The translations under genes were made by a program, and so were the position numbers. The notes beneath the pieces are model-generated. The model worked only from the letters and a program-made list of their open reading frames with translations, made no database searches and was not told where the DNA came from. A stretch of 64,000 bases of DNA from Macrostomum lignano. Its lineage: Eukaryota. Every line of letters starts with the position of its first letter. Within the stretch, counting starts at the first letter, position 1. The stretch covers positions 1 through 64,000 of the forward strand of contig NIVC01001651.1 in assembly GCA_002269645.1 (NCBI GenBank), in the 5' to 3' direction. Positions 14,913 to 27,049 of this stretch are shown here, one piece after another.

Positions 14913-15535
14913 ACTCCACCTTTTCATCATTTCGTACCTTAACCCACTCAGACTCCTTACCTAGTCTCACAATATTTATCCCGGTTGCAACTTGTTTCAT
15001 TTTAAAAAAGCAGCAATGTAAGCGTCAAAATACAACCTATATATTAGTGGACCGTTTTTATTTGTTTTATAGGTCAGTAGAAAAGAGATTAATGCAGGGA
15101 CTCGGTTTGAGAGCGTAAAAATATCTCTGTGTGTGCAGCGGCGGTCAGAGAGACAGAAAGACGGACCGAAAGGCTCCCTTATTGCGTGTCACGTCGTATT
15201 ATTGAGCCTCTAGCTCTGGAGTAGAATCCGAGGGACAAAAAGGTGGGAGAAAGATCCCCTCCACAGGCAAAGCCGGTTAGCTATAACCCTGATTGAGAAA
15301 AATGTCTCATTTATGCGAGTCGTCTCAAGCGTCTCAGCTGCTGCAGCCACAAAGTGGCCTCCGAATGAAAAAAAATTCTTTCGGTCACGACATTCAAAAC
15401 TCTGACTGAACCCCCCCCCAGCCGAGGCCTCCCACTGCCCGCTTTGGGTGTCCGCATTATGAGCGGAGGGACCTGGTCTCTAATGAGTGAGAACCGATCG
15501 CTTCAGATCGGCCTTCTGAACTTCCTCCGTTCAAG

Positions 15536-16322
15536 TCCGTCTCATTCTCCATCTCCCTCTCATTCTCCACCTCCCTCTCATTCTCCACCTCCCTCTCATT
15601 CTCCATCTCCCTCTCATTCTCCATCTCCGTCTCATTCTCCACCTCCCTCTCATTCTCCATCTCCGTCTCATTCTCCACCTCCCTCTCATTCTCCACCTCT
15701 CTCTCATTCTCCACCTCCCTCTCATTCTCCATCTCCGTCTCATTCTCCATCTCCCTCATTCTCCATCTCCCTCTCATTCTCCACCTCCCTCTCATTCTCC
15801 ATCTCCCTCTCATTCTCCATCTCCCTCTCATTCTCCATCTCCCTCTCATTCTTTATCTCCCTCTCATTCTCCACCTCCCTCTCATTCTCCACCTCCCTCT
15901 CATTCTCCATCTCCCTCTCATTCTCCATCTCCCTCTCATTCTCCATCTCCCTCTCATTCTCCCTCTCCCTCTCATTCTTTATCTCCCTCTCATTCTCCAT
16001 CTCCCTCTCATTCTCCATCTCCGTCTCATTCTCCATCTCCCTCTCATTCTCCATCTCCGTCTCATTCTCCATCTCCCTCTCATTCTCCATCTCCCTCTCA
16101 TTCTCCCTCTCCCTCTCATTCTTTATCTCCCTCTCATTCTCCATCTCCCTCTCATTCTCCATCTCCGTCTCATTCTCCATCTCCCTCTCATTCTCCATCT
16201 CCGTCTCATTCTCCATCTCCCTCTCATTCTCCATCTCCCTCTCATTCTCCATCTCCCTCTCATTCTCCACCTCCCTCTCATTCTCCATCTCCCTCTCATT
16301 CTCTATCTCCCTCTCATCCATC
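15536..16322. repeat. 18-bp pyrimidine-rich minisatellite (CTCATTCTCCATCTCCCT)n
   Basis: Direct tandem units; yields MENERE and SFSISL pseudo-ORFs. Confidence 0.95.
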
Positions 16323-16789
16323 TCTTCTTTCCTAAACATGACGCAGAAATATTATAGAAGAGCCACAACAATTAATTTAGAAAGGCGTTGATATACTACT
16401 TCCGATCGGTGATAGTAGTAAGAGTACAATTTTTTCATAATCAAATTAAGGCATGGCTAAAATGTACTCAGCAACATTGAAAAGCCGCCACCCTTTGACC
16501 CAGTGAGCAGCGTCTTTCACCTGGCCAACCATTCTGATATTAAAAAATTCTCCAATCCATCCAATCTTCGCCCTCCGCTCTTCCCAATCGCTCCTCACCC
16601 AGCCCAACTCTGCGTCGCGTGGCGCAAAGTTGCGTCACTCAAAAGTCAATATTGAGCTAGAATTTACTGCGCACTCTCAAAGGTGGCGACTTTGTTGAAT
16701 GTTGAATGTTGTTGAGCATATATTTTAGGGTGAATTTGTTTTTCTTACAGAATTTATATCACCCTGACACCCTTTGTCATCCTCTTTCG

Positions 16790-17500
16790 GTCTCAGTCAC
16801 TCTCAGTCACTCTAAGTCACTCTCAGTCACTCTAAGTCACTCTAAGTCACTCTCAGTCACTCTAAGTCACTCTCAGTCACTCTAAGTCACTCTCAGTCAC
16901 TCTAGGTCACTCTCAGTCACTCTCAGTCACTCTCAGTCACTCTAAGTCACTCTCAGTCACTCTCAGTCACTCTAAGTCACTCTCAGTCACTCTAAGTCAC
17001 TCTCAGTCACTCTAAGTCACTCTCAGTCACTCTAGGTCACTCTCAGTCACTCTCAGTCACTATTAAGTCACTCTCAGTCACTCTCAGTCACTCTCAGTCA
17101 CTTTCAGTCACTCTAAGTCACTCTCAGTCACTCTAAGTCACTCTAAGTCACTATTAAGTCACTCTCAGTCACTCTCAGTCACTCTCAGTCACTTTCAGTC
17201 ACTCTCAGTCACTTTCAGTCACTCTAAGTCACTTTCAGTCACTCTAAGTCACTCTCAGTCACTCTCAGTCACTCTCAGTCACTTTCAGTCACTCTAAGTC
17301 ACTCTCAGTCACTCTAAGTCACTATTAAGTCACTCTCAGTCACTTTCAGTCACTCTCAGTCACTTTCAGTCACTCTAAGTCACTCTAAGTCACTCTAAGT
17401 CACTCTAAGTCACTATTAAGTCACTCTCAGTCACTCTCAGTCACTCTCAGTCTCTTTCAATCACTCAAAGTCACACTCTGTCACATTGTGTCACACTCTA
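16790..17500. repeat. 10-bp array (AGTCACTCTC/AGTCACTCTA)n
   Basis: Direct tandem units. Confidence 0.95.
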
Positions 17501-17992
17501 TTAAGTCCGAGAAATGCTTATTGATACCTTTAATTTTTCTGCCGACCATATCAGACAAATACTACTCGTAGTATTTGTATTTCAGCGGTGCAGTTTTATC
17601 ATTTAATATCCGATAATAAGAGGTCTCAGAAAGTTTTACAATTGCATTTTAGTAAAACCAAGGCTCGTGCTACGATTAATTAAATGAATCAAGCAATTTG
17701 ACTGAATAAAACAATAAATATACAGAAGCATTCGTTCTCAAGATTTACAGTCAATAAAAATAATTAAAATTGATACGAAGTGAAATATTTGAAATAAAAT
17801 AAATTTGAAATTGAAATTCAAGCAATGACGCGTTGAAAAGAACAACGAAAGTTATCAGGATTATTCAAGCTGAATTATAACAAAGTGTGCGTGGATTAAA
17901 AATTTAAATCGAGATGAAATTGCAATTTAATGTAGCCAAAATGACTAATGAATTTTACTATCAAAATTTTTATCTGAAATATTTCTAGTCAA

Positions 17993-19000
17993 TGAGGTCA
18001 CTGAGGTTTATAGGGTCACTGGGGTCATAAGGTCACTGAGGTGCATAGGGTCACTGGGGTCATGAGGTCACTGAGGTTCATAGGGTCACTAGGGTCATAA
18101 GGTCACTGAGGTTCATAGGGTCACTGGGGTCATAAGGTCACTGAGGTGCATAGGGTCACTGGGGTCATGAGGTCACTGAGGTGCATAGGGTCACTGGGGT
18201 CAGAGGTCACTGAGGTTCATAGGGTCACTGGGGTCATAAGGTCACTGAGGTGCATAGGGTCACTGGGGTCATGAGGTCACTGAGGTTCATAGGGTCCCTG
18301 GGGTCATGAGGCCACCGAGGTTCATAGGGTCACTGGGGTCATGAAGTCACAGAGGTTCATAGGGTCACTGGGGTCATGAAGTCACAGAGGTTAATAAGGT
18401 CACTGGGGTCATGAAGTCACTGAGGTTCATAGGGTCCCTGGGTCATGAGGTCACAGAGGTTCATAGGGCCCTGGGTCATGAGGTCACTGAGGTTCATGGG
18501 GTCAATGGGGTCATGAGGTCACAGAGGTTCATAGGATCCCTGGGTCATGAGGTCACTGAGGTTCATAGGGTCACTGGGGTCATAAGGTCACTGAGGTGCA
18601 TAGGGTCACTGGGGTCATGAGGTCACTGAGGTTCATAGGGTCCCTGGGGTCATGAGGCCACCGAGGTTCATAGGGTCACTGGGGTCATGAAGTCACAGAG
18701 GTTCATAGGGTCACTGGGGTCATGAGGTCACCAAGGTTAATAAGGTCACTGGGGTCATGAAGTCACTGAGGTTCATAGGGTCCCTGGGTCATGAGGTCAC
18801 AGAGGTTCATAGGGCCCTGGGTCATGAGGTCACTGAGGTTCATGGGGTCAATGGGGTCATGAGGTCACAGAGGTTCATAGGATCCCTGGGTCATGAGGTC
18901 ACAGAGGTTCATAGGGTCCCTGGGTCATGAGGTCACCGAGGTTCATAGGGTCAATGGGGTCATGAGGTCACCGAGGTTCACAGGGTCCCTGAGGTCATCA
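17993..19000. repeat. ~35-bp minisatellite (GAGGTCACTGAGGTTCATAGGGTCACTGGGGTCAT)n
   Basis: Direct tandem degenerate units downstream of the MATE stop codon. Confidence 0.93.
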
Positions 19001-19211
19001 GGCTACTGGGGATCACATAATCATTGGGGTCGATATTGGTCACGAGGGCCACGGGGGGTTATGGAGTCCCCGCAATGGGTATCATGGTTTCACTAGGGTT
19101 TATGCTCACTGGCGTCACTGGGGTCCGAATGGTTAGCTATTATGGTCAGCTCTGAGTCCATGCGGATGCACTCAGTCCACAAATCCACTAACTCCTAGCG
19201 GAGCTCCGACC

Positions 19212-22200
19212 TCACGTCCACAGCCTCGTGGCCATCGCGGACGCCATCGCCATGGTGGTTGTCCGGACCACCGGCACCGGCCCCACTGTAGTGGAGGCCG
19301 TCCCGTTTCCATGGTGACCAGCTGGCGCGGTCGGCCCTCGCGGCGGCAGCAGCAGGCGGAGGATCAGCGAGCCAATCAGCAGAGCGACAGCCGCCGCCAG
19401 GACTGGCAGCTTGGAGCGGACGGCGTTTCGCTGCCGCTGGCTGACGGAGGCGCTGAGCTGGTAGGAGGCCATGGCAGAGGCTCCGGCCGGGTGCAGATTC
19501 CCGGCGGTGGCGGCACTGGTGGCAGCGGCGGCGAGCATCAGCGGCTGTCGTTCGTTCAGCAGCTCCATGTCGGTCTCCATCTCAGCATTGGCGTGAGCGT
19601 CCAGAGCCTTCTGGCGCCAATCCAGGCGCAGCAGGTACAGGGACGGCAGGGCGAAGAAGGTGAAGGAGCCGAGGACAAAGCCGAGCCACAGGCCGCTGAG
19701 CTGCCAGCCGGCGGCGAAGGCCAGACTGACGCCGAGCGGCATGCTGACGATGTAATAAGCGATGAAGTTCATGAACAGCAGGTGCATGTGGTAGCTGCAG
19801 GCCCTCAGGGCTGCGATGCTGGGGTAGGCGGCCAGCTGGAATGCCGTGTAGAAGGACAGGTAGGGCGCCAGGCTGATGTAGATTGCCTCAGCGGCCGGCT
19901 CCAGGGAGAAGATCTTCGGCACCTGGATGGGATGGCGGGTCGAGATTAGAGTGGTTAGAGTGACTGGTTAGTGACTAAGGCCAATGATCGAATAAAATAA
20001 CTGATTAGAGTGACGGTTGAAGTGACGTTTAGAGTGACGGGTAGAGTGACGGGTGGAGTGACGGTTAGATTGACGGTTAGAGTGACGGTTAGAGCGACGG
20101 TTAGAGTGACGGTTAGAGTGACGGTTAGAGTGACGGTTAGAGTGACGGTTAGAGTGACGGTTAGAGCGACGGTTAGAGTGACGGTTAGAGTGACGGTTAG
20201 AGTGACGGTTAGAGTGACGGTTAGAGCGACGGTTAGAGGGACGGTTAGAGTGACGGTTAGAGTGACGGTTAGAGTGACGGTTAGAGCGACGGTTAAAGTG
20301 ACGGTTAAAGTGACGGTTAGAGTGACGGTTAGAGTGACGGTTAGAGTGACGGTTAAAGTGACGGTTAAAGTGACGGTTAGAGTGATGGTTAGAGTGACGG
20401 TTAGAGTGACGGGTAGAGTGACGGGTAGAGTGACGGGTAGAGTGACGGGTAGAGTGACGGGTAGAGTGACGGGTAGAGTGACGGGTAGAGTGACGGGTAG
20501 AGTGACGGGTAGAGTGACGGGTATAGCCATTCAAATGACAGAAGCAGTGACAGACCTGATGCCTCAGCAGGTAGAACACTGTGCCAACAAAAGCTCCTAT
20601 GCAGGCCATGAACGTCAGGCTGGTCGCCACCACCCTAATGGCCTTCTCTGCCTGCTGGCTGCCCAGGTAGAAACCGATCCTGGCGATAAGAGCGCTGCCG
20701 ATGCCGATGGGGATGAGGTAGCCCAGCTGGTTCAGCTGGAACACCACCGACTCGGCGGCGATCTCCGCTGCACCCATCAGGCCGGCAAGGAAGTTGCCGT
20801 ACTCGGTGCCGAAGATCCACAGCGTCTGCGTGAGCAGACAGGGCAGCACAGTGAAGAGGAACTTGCCCCAGTCCATGAAGGCCCTGGCTGACCAGCCAGC
20901 CCAGGTGTACCGGTGGATGTTAAGGCACCAGATGAATACAGCCTGTGGATGGGCGCGGAATCAACCATTGGAGTTTTATACGGTTGCCTTTCACTCCGTC
21001 TGTCTTTCTCTCTGCTTTCGTGTCTTGGAGATAGACCCAAGACAGACAGACACCAAGACAGACAGACACTAAGACAGACAGACACCAAGACAGACAGACA
21101 CCAAGACAAACAGACACCAAGACAGACAGACACTAAGACAGACAGACACCAAGACAGACACCAAGACAGACAGACACTAAGACAGACAGACACCAAGACA
21201 GACAGACACCAAGACAGACACTAAGACAGACAGACACCAAGACAGACAGACACCAAGACAGACAGACACCAAGACAGACAGACACCAAGACAGACAGACA
21301 CTAAGACAGACAGACACCAAGACAGACAGACACTAAGACAGACACCAAGACAGACAGACACTAAGACAGACACCAAGACAGACAGACACTAAGACAGACA
21401 CCAAGACAGACAGACACTAAGACAGACAGACACCAAGACAGACAGACACCTAGACAGACAGACACTAAGACAGACACCAAGACAGACAGACACTAAGACA
21501 GACACCAAGACAGACAGACACTAAGACAGACAGACACCAAGACAGACAGACACTAAGACAGACAGACACCAAGACAGACAGACACCTAGACAGACAGACA
21601 CTAAGACAGACAGACACCAAGACAGACAGACACCAAGACAGACAGACACTAAGACAGACACTAAGACAGACACCAAGACAGACAGACACCAAGACAGACA
21701 GACACCAAGACAGACAGACACCAAGACAGACAGACACCAAGACAAAGCTGCATCACTCGCCTGCATCAGCGGGCAGATGGCCAGGCTGAACGACAGCGCA
21801 GCGGCGGAGCCAACGATGCCGAAACCGCCGCGCAGGACCAGCGAGTACTGGAGCAGGATGTTCACCAGCAGTGAGACGCAGCGAATCACCAGGGTTGGCC
21901 AGAGGTAGCCAACGGTGTCAGTGTAGGCGATGAGGGCCTCGCAGAGGTTCATGGCCAGACAGCCGGGCATCAGGATGATGAGGAATTGCTCGGATTTGGC
22001 CGAGATTACCGGATCTTGGCCCAGCAGGATCAGCAGGTTGCCAGTGTTCAGTGCCACGGCCCAGTTCACGCAGGTGAACAGAAGGCCTGCAGGTTCGACA
22101 TTGAGAGAGTGACCGATCAGAGAGTGACCGATTAGAGAGTGACCGATTAGAAAGTGACCGATTAGAGAGTTACCGATTAGAGAGTTACCGATTAGAGAGT

Positions 22201-23150
22201 GACCGATTAGAGAGTGACCGATTAGAGAGTGACCGATTAGAGAGTGACCGATTAGAGAGTGACCGATTAGAGAGTGACCGATCAGAGAGTGACCGATCAG
22301 AGAGTGACCGATTAGAGAGTGACCGATTAGAGAGTGACCGATTAGAGAGTGACCGATCAGAGAGTGACCGATCAGAGAGTGACCGATCAGAGAGTGACCG
22401 ATTAGAGAGTGACCGATTAGAGAGTGACCGATTAGAGAGTGACCGATTAGAGAGTGACCGATCAGAGAGTGACCGATCAGAGAGTGACCGATTAGAGAGT
22501 GACCGATTAGAGAGTGACCGATCAGAGAGTGACCGATCAGAGAGTGACCGATTAGAGAGTGACCGATTAGAGAGTGACCGATTAGAGAGTGACCGATTAG
22601 AGAGTGACCGATTAGAGAGTGACCGATTAGAGAGTGACCGATTAGAGAGTGACCGATTAGAGAGTGACCGATTAGAGAGTGACCGATTAGAGAGTGACCA
22701 ATGAGAGTGATCAATGCGCCCAGTTTAGCTACTTATAACCAGTAGCAATGATAGGAAACGAAAAGATAATTGGCAATACAAAAGGAATGTCAATGTGATA
22801 TTCTACAGTCAGTCAGTCAGTAAGGAAATTGAAAAAATGCAACCCAATATCTCCTCACCGGCCAGCAGGCCTCGCTGTACAAAATTTCCAACCCGATACT
22901 TCTTCGTGCCGCCCATAGTCTGCGCCAGGAACGGCATGAGACCCCAGCGCACTGAGGTGGCGCAGTTTTCCACGGTCAGCTGGTACACCGAAATCGCCAG
23001 CCCAGCAGCGTCCATATCGATGGTGCCGAGCGAGCCGCAGAAGGCCAGGGTGGTCGGCATCATCAGGGTGTAGAAAAACTCGGTAGCAGACATTGGGAAG
23101 CCGCGGCGCAGGAGCCAGACGAGCTCGCGGAAACACTCCAGGACAGTCAT
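19212..23150 (-). CDS. SLC47A: MATE (multidrug and toxin extrusion, SLC47 family) transporter, 4 exons, about 571 aa
   Basis: Exons 23150-22859 (phase 1), 22086-21761 (GC donor, phase 0), 20942-20556 (phase 0), 19922-19212; total 1716 nt. MATE motifs [69 protein letters not shown]...GLWLG, LDWRQKA, plus an extra C-terminal hydrophobic helix as in mammalian MATE1. Confidence 0.93.
19945..20520. repeat. 12-bp array (AGAGTGACGGTT)n filling MATE intron 3
   Basis: Direct tandem units. Confidence 0.95.
21035..21745. repeat. (GACA)n/CACCAA compound microsatellite in MATE intron 2
   Basis: Direct tandem units. Confidence 0.95.
22103..22710. repeat. 15-bp array (AGAGAGTGACCGATT)n in MATE intron 1
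   Basis: Direct tandem units; source of the HSLIG pseudo-ORF. Confidence 0.95.
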
Positions 23151-23780
23151 GGGTGAAGGCTAGAGATGTGCCAGGCGGAATGCAGTTCGCTAGCAGCTAT
23201 CTTAAACTTATCAGAGCTCTCTAGTAGCTTTATATACACAGCCCTGAAATTTCACGCGGCACCTTTTTGGCTGGAGAACGTTAAAATTAATTATCGCGTT
23301 CTGACAGGCTCAAACTGGATTGCGCAACTTTACTCAGGCCTATAGCAAGGTGCACGAGAAACTTTACCTATGTGTGCACGAGGGTCGCGCACAATCTCTT
23401 TGTATTTTTAGGAAAGTGTTCACTTTTGGGGTTGGTTGGCGGTTGTCTAATCTGGGCCGGTTTGTAAAGGGGTAATGTGGCGGTTTTCAACTCAATGGAA
23501 AGTGAAGGTACGCGTATCTAGCTAGTTTATGATCTTACTAGTTATTGCCGCCTGCCTGGAAGTTTCAATAACTTGCGAGACACATTTACCATGCTCTCAG
23601 CGTCGTGCCGCGCCTATATTGACCAAATTTTCCACTACAATCTACGTACTGTATGTAAATGCTGAATATTTGTTTTATCAACTAATTTTCAAAGGCATAA
23701 ACAAAGTCTGAGGTACAAATAAACAACTGTTTGACCGCCGAGAATTTGACTGCCTAACATTTAGGTTAGGATTAAGGTTA

Positions 23781-24066
23781 GGGGATTGTAGCCTCAGTGG
23801 TTAGAGCGGTTGGACTCACGAGTTGAAGGTCGGGGGTTCGATTCCTGATGCTACGGGAACAATTTGTGTCCTTGAGCAAGACACTTAACAACTCTGCATT
23901 GCTTCAGTTCACCCAGCTGTAAAATGGGTGCCAGCATTAGCTGGGGTAATTGAAGGTGTGTGTGGCGACCCCCCTTCAGATGCGCCGCGCAATAGCTGCG
24001 ACTGAGCTGTCGGTTGCACATCTGGCCCAAATGGGGCAGGTGTAATCAACTATTATTATTATTATT
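23781..24066 (+). mobile_element. Full-length tRNA-derived CORE-SINE with (TAT)n tail
   Basis: A box TAGCCTCAGTGG and B box GGTTCGATTCC; central TGTGTCCTTGAGCAAGACACTTAAC...CTTCAGTTCACCCAGCTGTAAAATGGG matches the MIR/CORE consensus as recalled; ends in TATTATTATT. Confidence 0.85.
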
Positions 24067-24219
24067 AGGGTTAGGGTCGCGGACCCACTATAAACCCTCT
24101 GGAAGAACAAGGAATTAGGTCCCTAGTCGAGTGTTCTGGGAAAGTTATCTATTGCTGCACCAACCGCAAGCTGAGCTTAAGTTGGCATACTTTTTACGTT
24201 TAATTTTTGTTGCTTTTAA

Positions 24220-24860
24220 AACATTGACTCGATGACCTTAATAGCCACAAGGCTAGAGGGGAATTCTTTGCTGACCTTGAAGCAACTGGACGACCAACTA
24301 GGTGCCAAATTCCAACATAAACCGCACATCGACACTTCCACTTTGAGTCGAAAACTGGATGGCATACTGTTTAAGCTGAAGCTGGCCCGCGACACCCCTG
24401 CTGCACGAAATTCGCCAGCAGTCATTGAAGAACGCGCTGAGTATTGTGCATAGTGGTGCTCTGCTGAAGTTTCGACACATGGAATAGGCGAAGTCAAGGC
24501 AGGGCAGAGCGCGGGCAGAGGGCCTACCGCGTCTTTGGCGGACAGCGTGGCCCACCATCTGCCTGGCAATGTCTCCACAGACTTGTGCTCTAACAGAGCT
24601 ATGTGAGGGAAATGACGAAGGAGTTGTTTGCGGAATTTCTCCAGATCCCTATTGGGAAAATTCAGATGGCATTCCCCAACCGCCGGATCTTCATCGTATT
24701 CGACGGCGTGAGTAGACATAACGAGGCTGAGCTACAACCCGTTCTCGACGCCAGTCGAGAGCGCGATTTCTTCTTAGAAGGCCGACATCAAGCAGCTGCT
24801 GTCGCTGCCTGTCAACCGCCACCGGTTCATCAACCCCACTGCTGAAGACCGACATGGGCG
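24220..24860 (+). pseudogene. Decayed Tc1/mariner (IS630-like, DDE_3) transposase
   Basis: Across frames: TLKQL...IDTSTLSRKLDGILFKLKL.R..PAARNS...EERAEY; FDTWNRRSQGRAERGQRAYRV.GGQRGP/TICLAMS; GEMTKELFAEFL; IFIVFDGVSRH. In-frame stops (24451-24453, 24604-24606) and frameshifts; no TIRs identified. Confidence 0.75.
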
Positions 24861-25649
24861 CACCATTGTGCAATTCTACCAAGAGACAAAAGACGAGTGC
24901 ATCGGGGCAAGAATCACGGAGGACAAGTGCCTGCAGTGGTACAACCACTGCCTGACTTTTGTACCACTGTGCGTTGCTAGGCAAGGCAACCGATTAATGG
25001 TGATTAATAGAATACTGTAAATATTTTCCAGAAAATACAATAATCTAATAAATCATTGCAATCGTTTCTGGCTATGCGTGTCGCGACTTTCCTAGTCATT
25101 TCTTTAGTTCACCTTCACTTGTCTCTGTTTACTCCGTTTTCTCTCTCTCTGTCTAGCTCAATCTTGTTATTCTTATCTCTCTCTCCCTTGCTGCGTTCTG
25201 ATTGGCTCTCCGTTCTCGCCTCTTTCCTCAGTCGCGCACTCCACCCCCTCTCTTTATTATTCTGGGCTCAACCCCCCCCCATGTTAAATGTTCTATAAAT
25301 ATATCGGTTAGGGCCCTGCGCCCACTTACTGTTCCTCCTGCTCCTTCAATTTAACTCCAATTAAATAGTCTTTAGTTTAGTACTAGCTAAAGTTTTGCCC
25401 CCCTTCGGGGAGCAGAAATAATTAATATTCGTCTAATATAATATACCTTTTAGCAGGAGTACTTTAAGTGTCTTTCTTAAGCTTAAGCTTAAAATAGTTT
25501 TTAGTTGTTGCACTTTTTTAGTTGTTACTGAAAATAAATTAAATAATATTCCAAGAAATTGCGACTTTCCGAGAAATGACTTGCTTTATTCCGATTTTCT
25601 TGTTGCTTGTATTGCTCATGTGTACTACAGTTTTATACACATCCCGAGA

Positions 25650-26960
25650 AATTTTTTACTTTCTTCATTTGTAAGTGAATTTCTTAGCCCTGCTCATCGT
25701 ACTAACTGCGACTGCAATGTTCCGAACAATAAGTAGCTCAGCATTGCAACTATTGCCCTTGAATGAGGCCCCTCTTATTATAATAAATGACTTAAAGAGT
25801 CAGTTCAATGCAGCTATCTCATTGTGAATGGACTTTGCAAAAGCAACTGGAGCTACATCCTTCGACCTTTGGTTTGACACTTTTAATAAAGCTAACATTG
25901 GCTATATATAGGCATGATATATGATATATATTATCATGCTAAATTCCCCCTTTCTTTTCTAGTCACACTCCTCAGCAGACTTCTCTTTTCTTATATGCCT
26001 CATTCACATTGTCAAATCTTATTTTGAATCAAATCCTATATGACATAAAAGTCTATTTCAAATTAGATCCATTTTGATAGTTCAAAATGGTTAGCTCATA
26101 TCAATGGCTAATTAAATATCAATGGATCAATTTCTAATCTCCTTTCTTTTTCTTAATGATTCCAGTTCTGATCAGATCCTATTTCTCATCTGACCTCTTT
26201 TCTTAGTAATCCATTTTGTATCATTCTTCATTATAAATGCATGCCTGACAATTTATCTTTTAAAATAGAATAAGGCAGGTACCAGGTGTGCAGATTCATG
26301 AATCATGGGACTGGTCTTTGTCCACTGAAACATTTTTTGTATTTCTTCAATTGCAAAACACATTGAAAACAACAAAACAACAACAATTGAGTGAGCATCT
26401 GGCAAAATTATTATTATACAAATACATATCATTATGACATTATAAGAAAACAAACTCCAAATGTAGAGAATTCAGCGATTTTCCTCTTTCGTTTGTTAAA
26501 TTATTTTTTCGACAGAAACAAGTTGTGACTACTGAGTAATGTCAGAAAACGACAGTAATGGGACAGTAATGGGATTCAGTTCAATGAAAAAAGAAAAAAT
26601 TGCATTGCACCTAAAAATATTACCCACAAACAGTAAACATGATGAACTTGCAGAAGGCTCCGCCAACAAGACAGTATCATTGCACAGTTCATTGCATTTG
26701 ACTGCAAGAATAATGGTGTCAATCCTACTGCTTGTTGGCTTGCTTTACTCTGCACTGCTGGTCAGAGGCATTCACTGGGGCAAGTTAAGTTCACGCACTC
26801 AACGTCACACAAAAAGCTTAGCTATCACAAGTCTCTAGGTTTGCTGAAGCTGCTTCAAACCTCTCTCTCATGGCTGCATACCCTCAGTTTTAGAGTGGAA
26901 GAACCTCTGAATCGTGAAAAAGCAGCGAACACGTTATTTCAACCACAATCTCAAGGCCCA
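25650..26960 (-). pseudogene. Possible heavily degraded PIF1-type Helitron helicase remnant
   Basis: Fragments in the expected order across broken frames: AAF..FRGSSTL (motif Ia-like), EPSASSSCLLFVGNIF (PFGG..LL.GD.F-like), PVAFAKSIH (motif V-like), MSRAK (motif VI-like). Position just inside the Helitron 3' end fits. Many stops; weak. Confidence 0.3.
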
Positions 26961-27049
26961 TTGATATGCAGCCAACCTGCTATATATTCACCTAATATTT
27001 ACCTACATTAATTTCACTATTACTTATTAACTTTCATGGCACAACTAAA

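Noticed and set aside
19968-20555. In-frame extension of MATE exon 3 (RHST/RHSN repeats)
   Set aside because: Intronic 12-bp array; canonical donor at 20555 and acceptor at 19923 restore MATE homology.
22087-22714. (HSLIG)n N-terminal extension of MATE exon 2
   Set aside because: Intronic 15-bp array; the acceptor at 22087 joins exon 1 in phase.
23500-23526. Possible Helitron 3' end (TACGCGTA...CTAGCTAG|T)
   Set aside because: Only an 8-bp palindrome, with no match to the other termini.
23781-23850. Functional tRNA gene
   Set aside because: The tRNA-like head runs into a CORE domain and tail, with no proper acceptor stem, so it is a SINE head.
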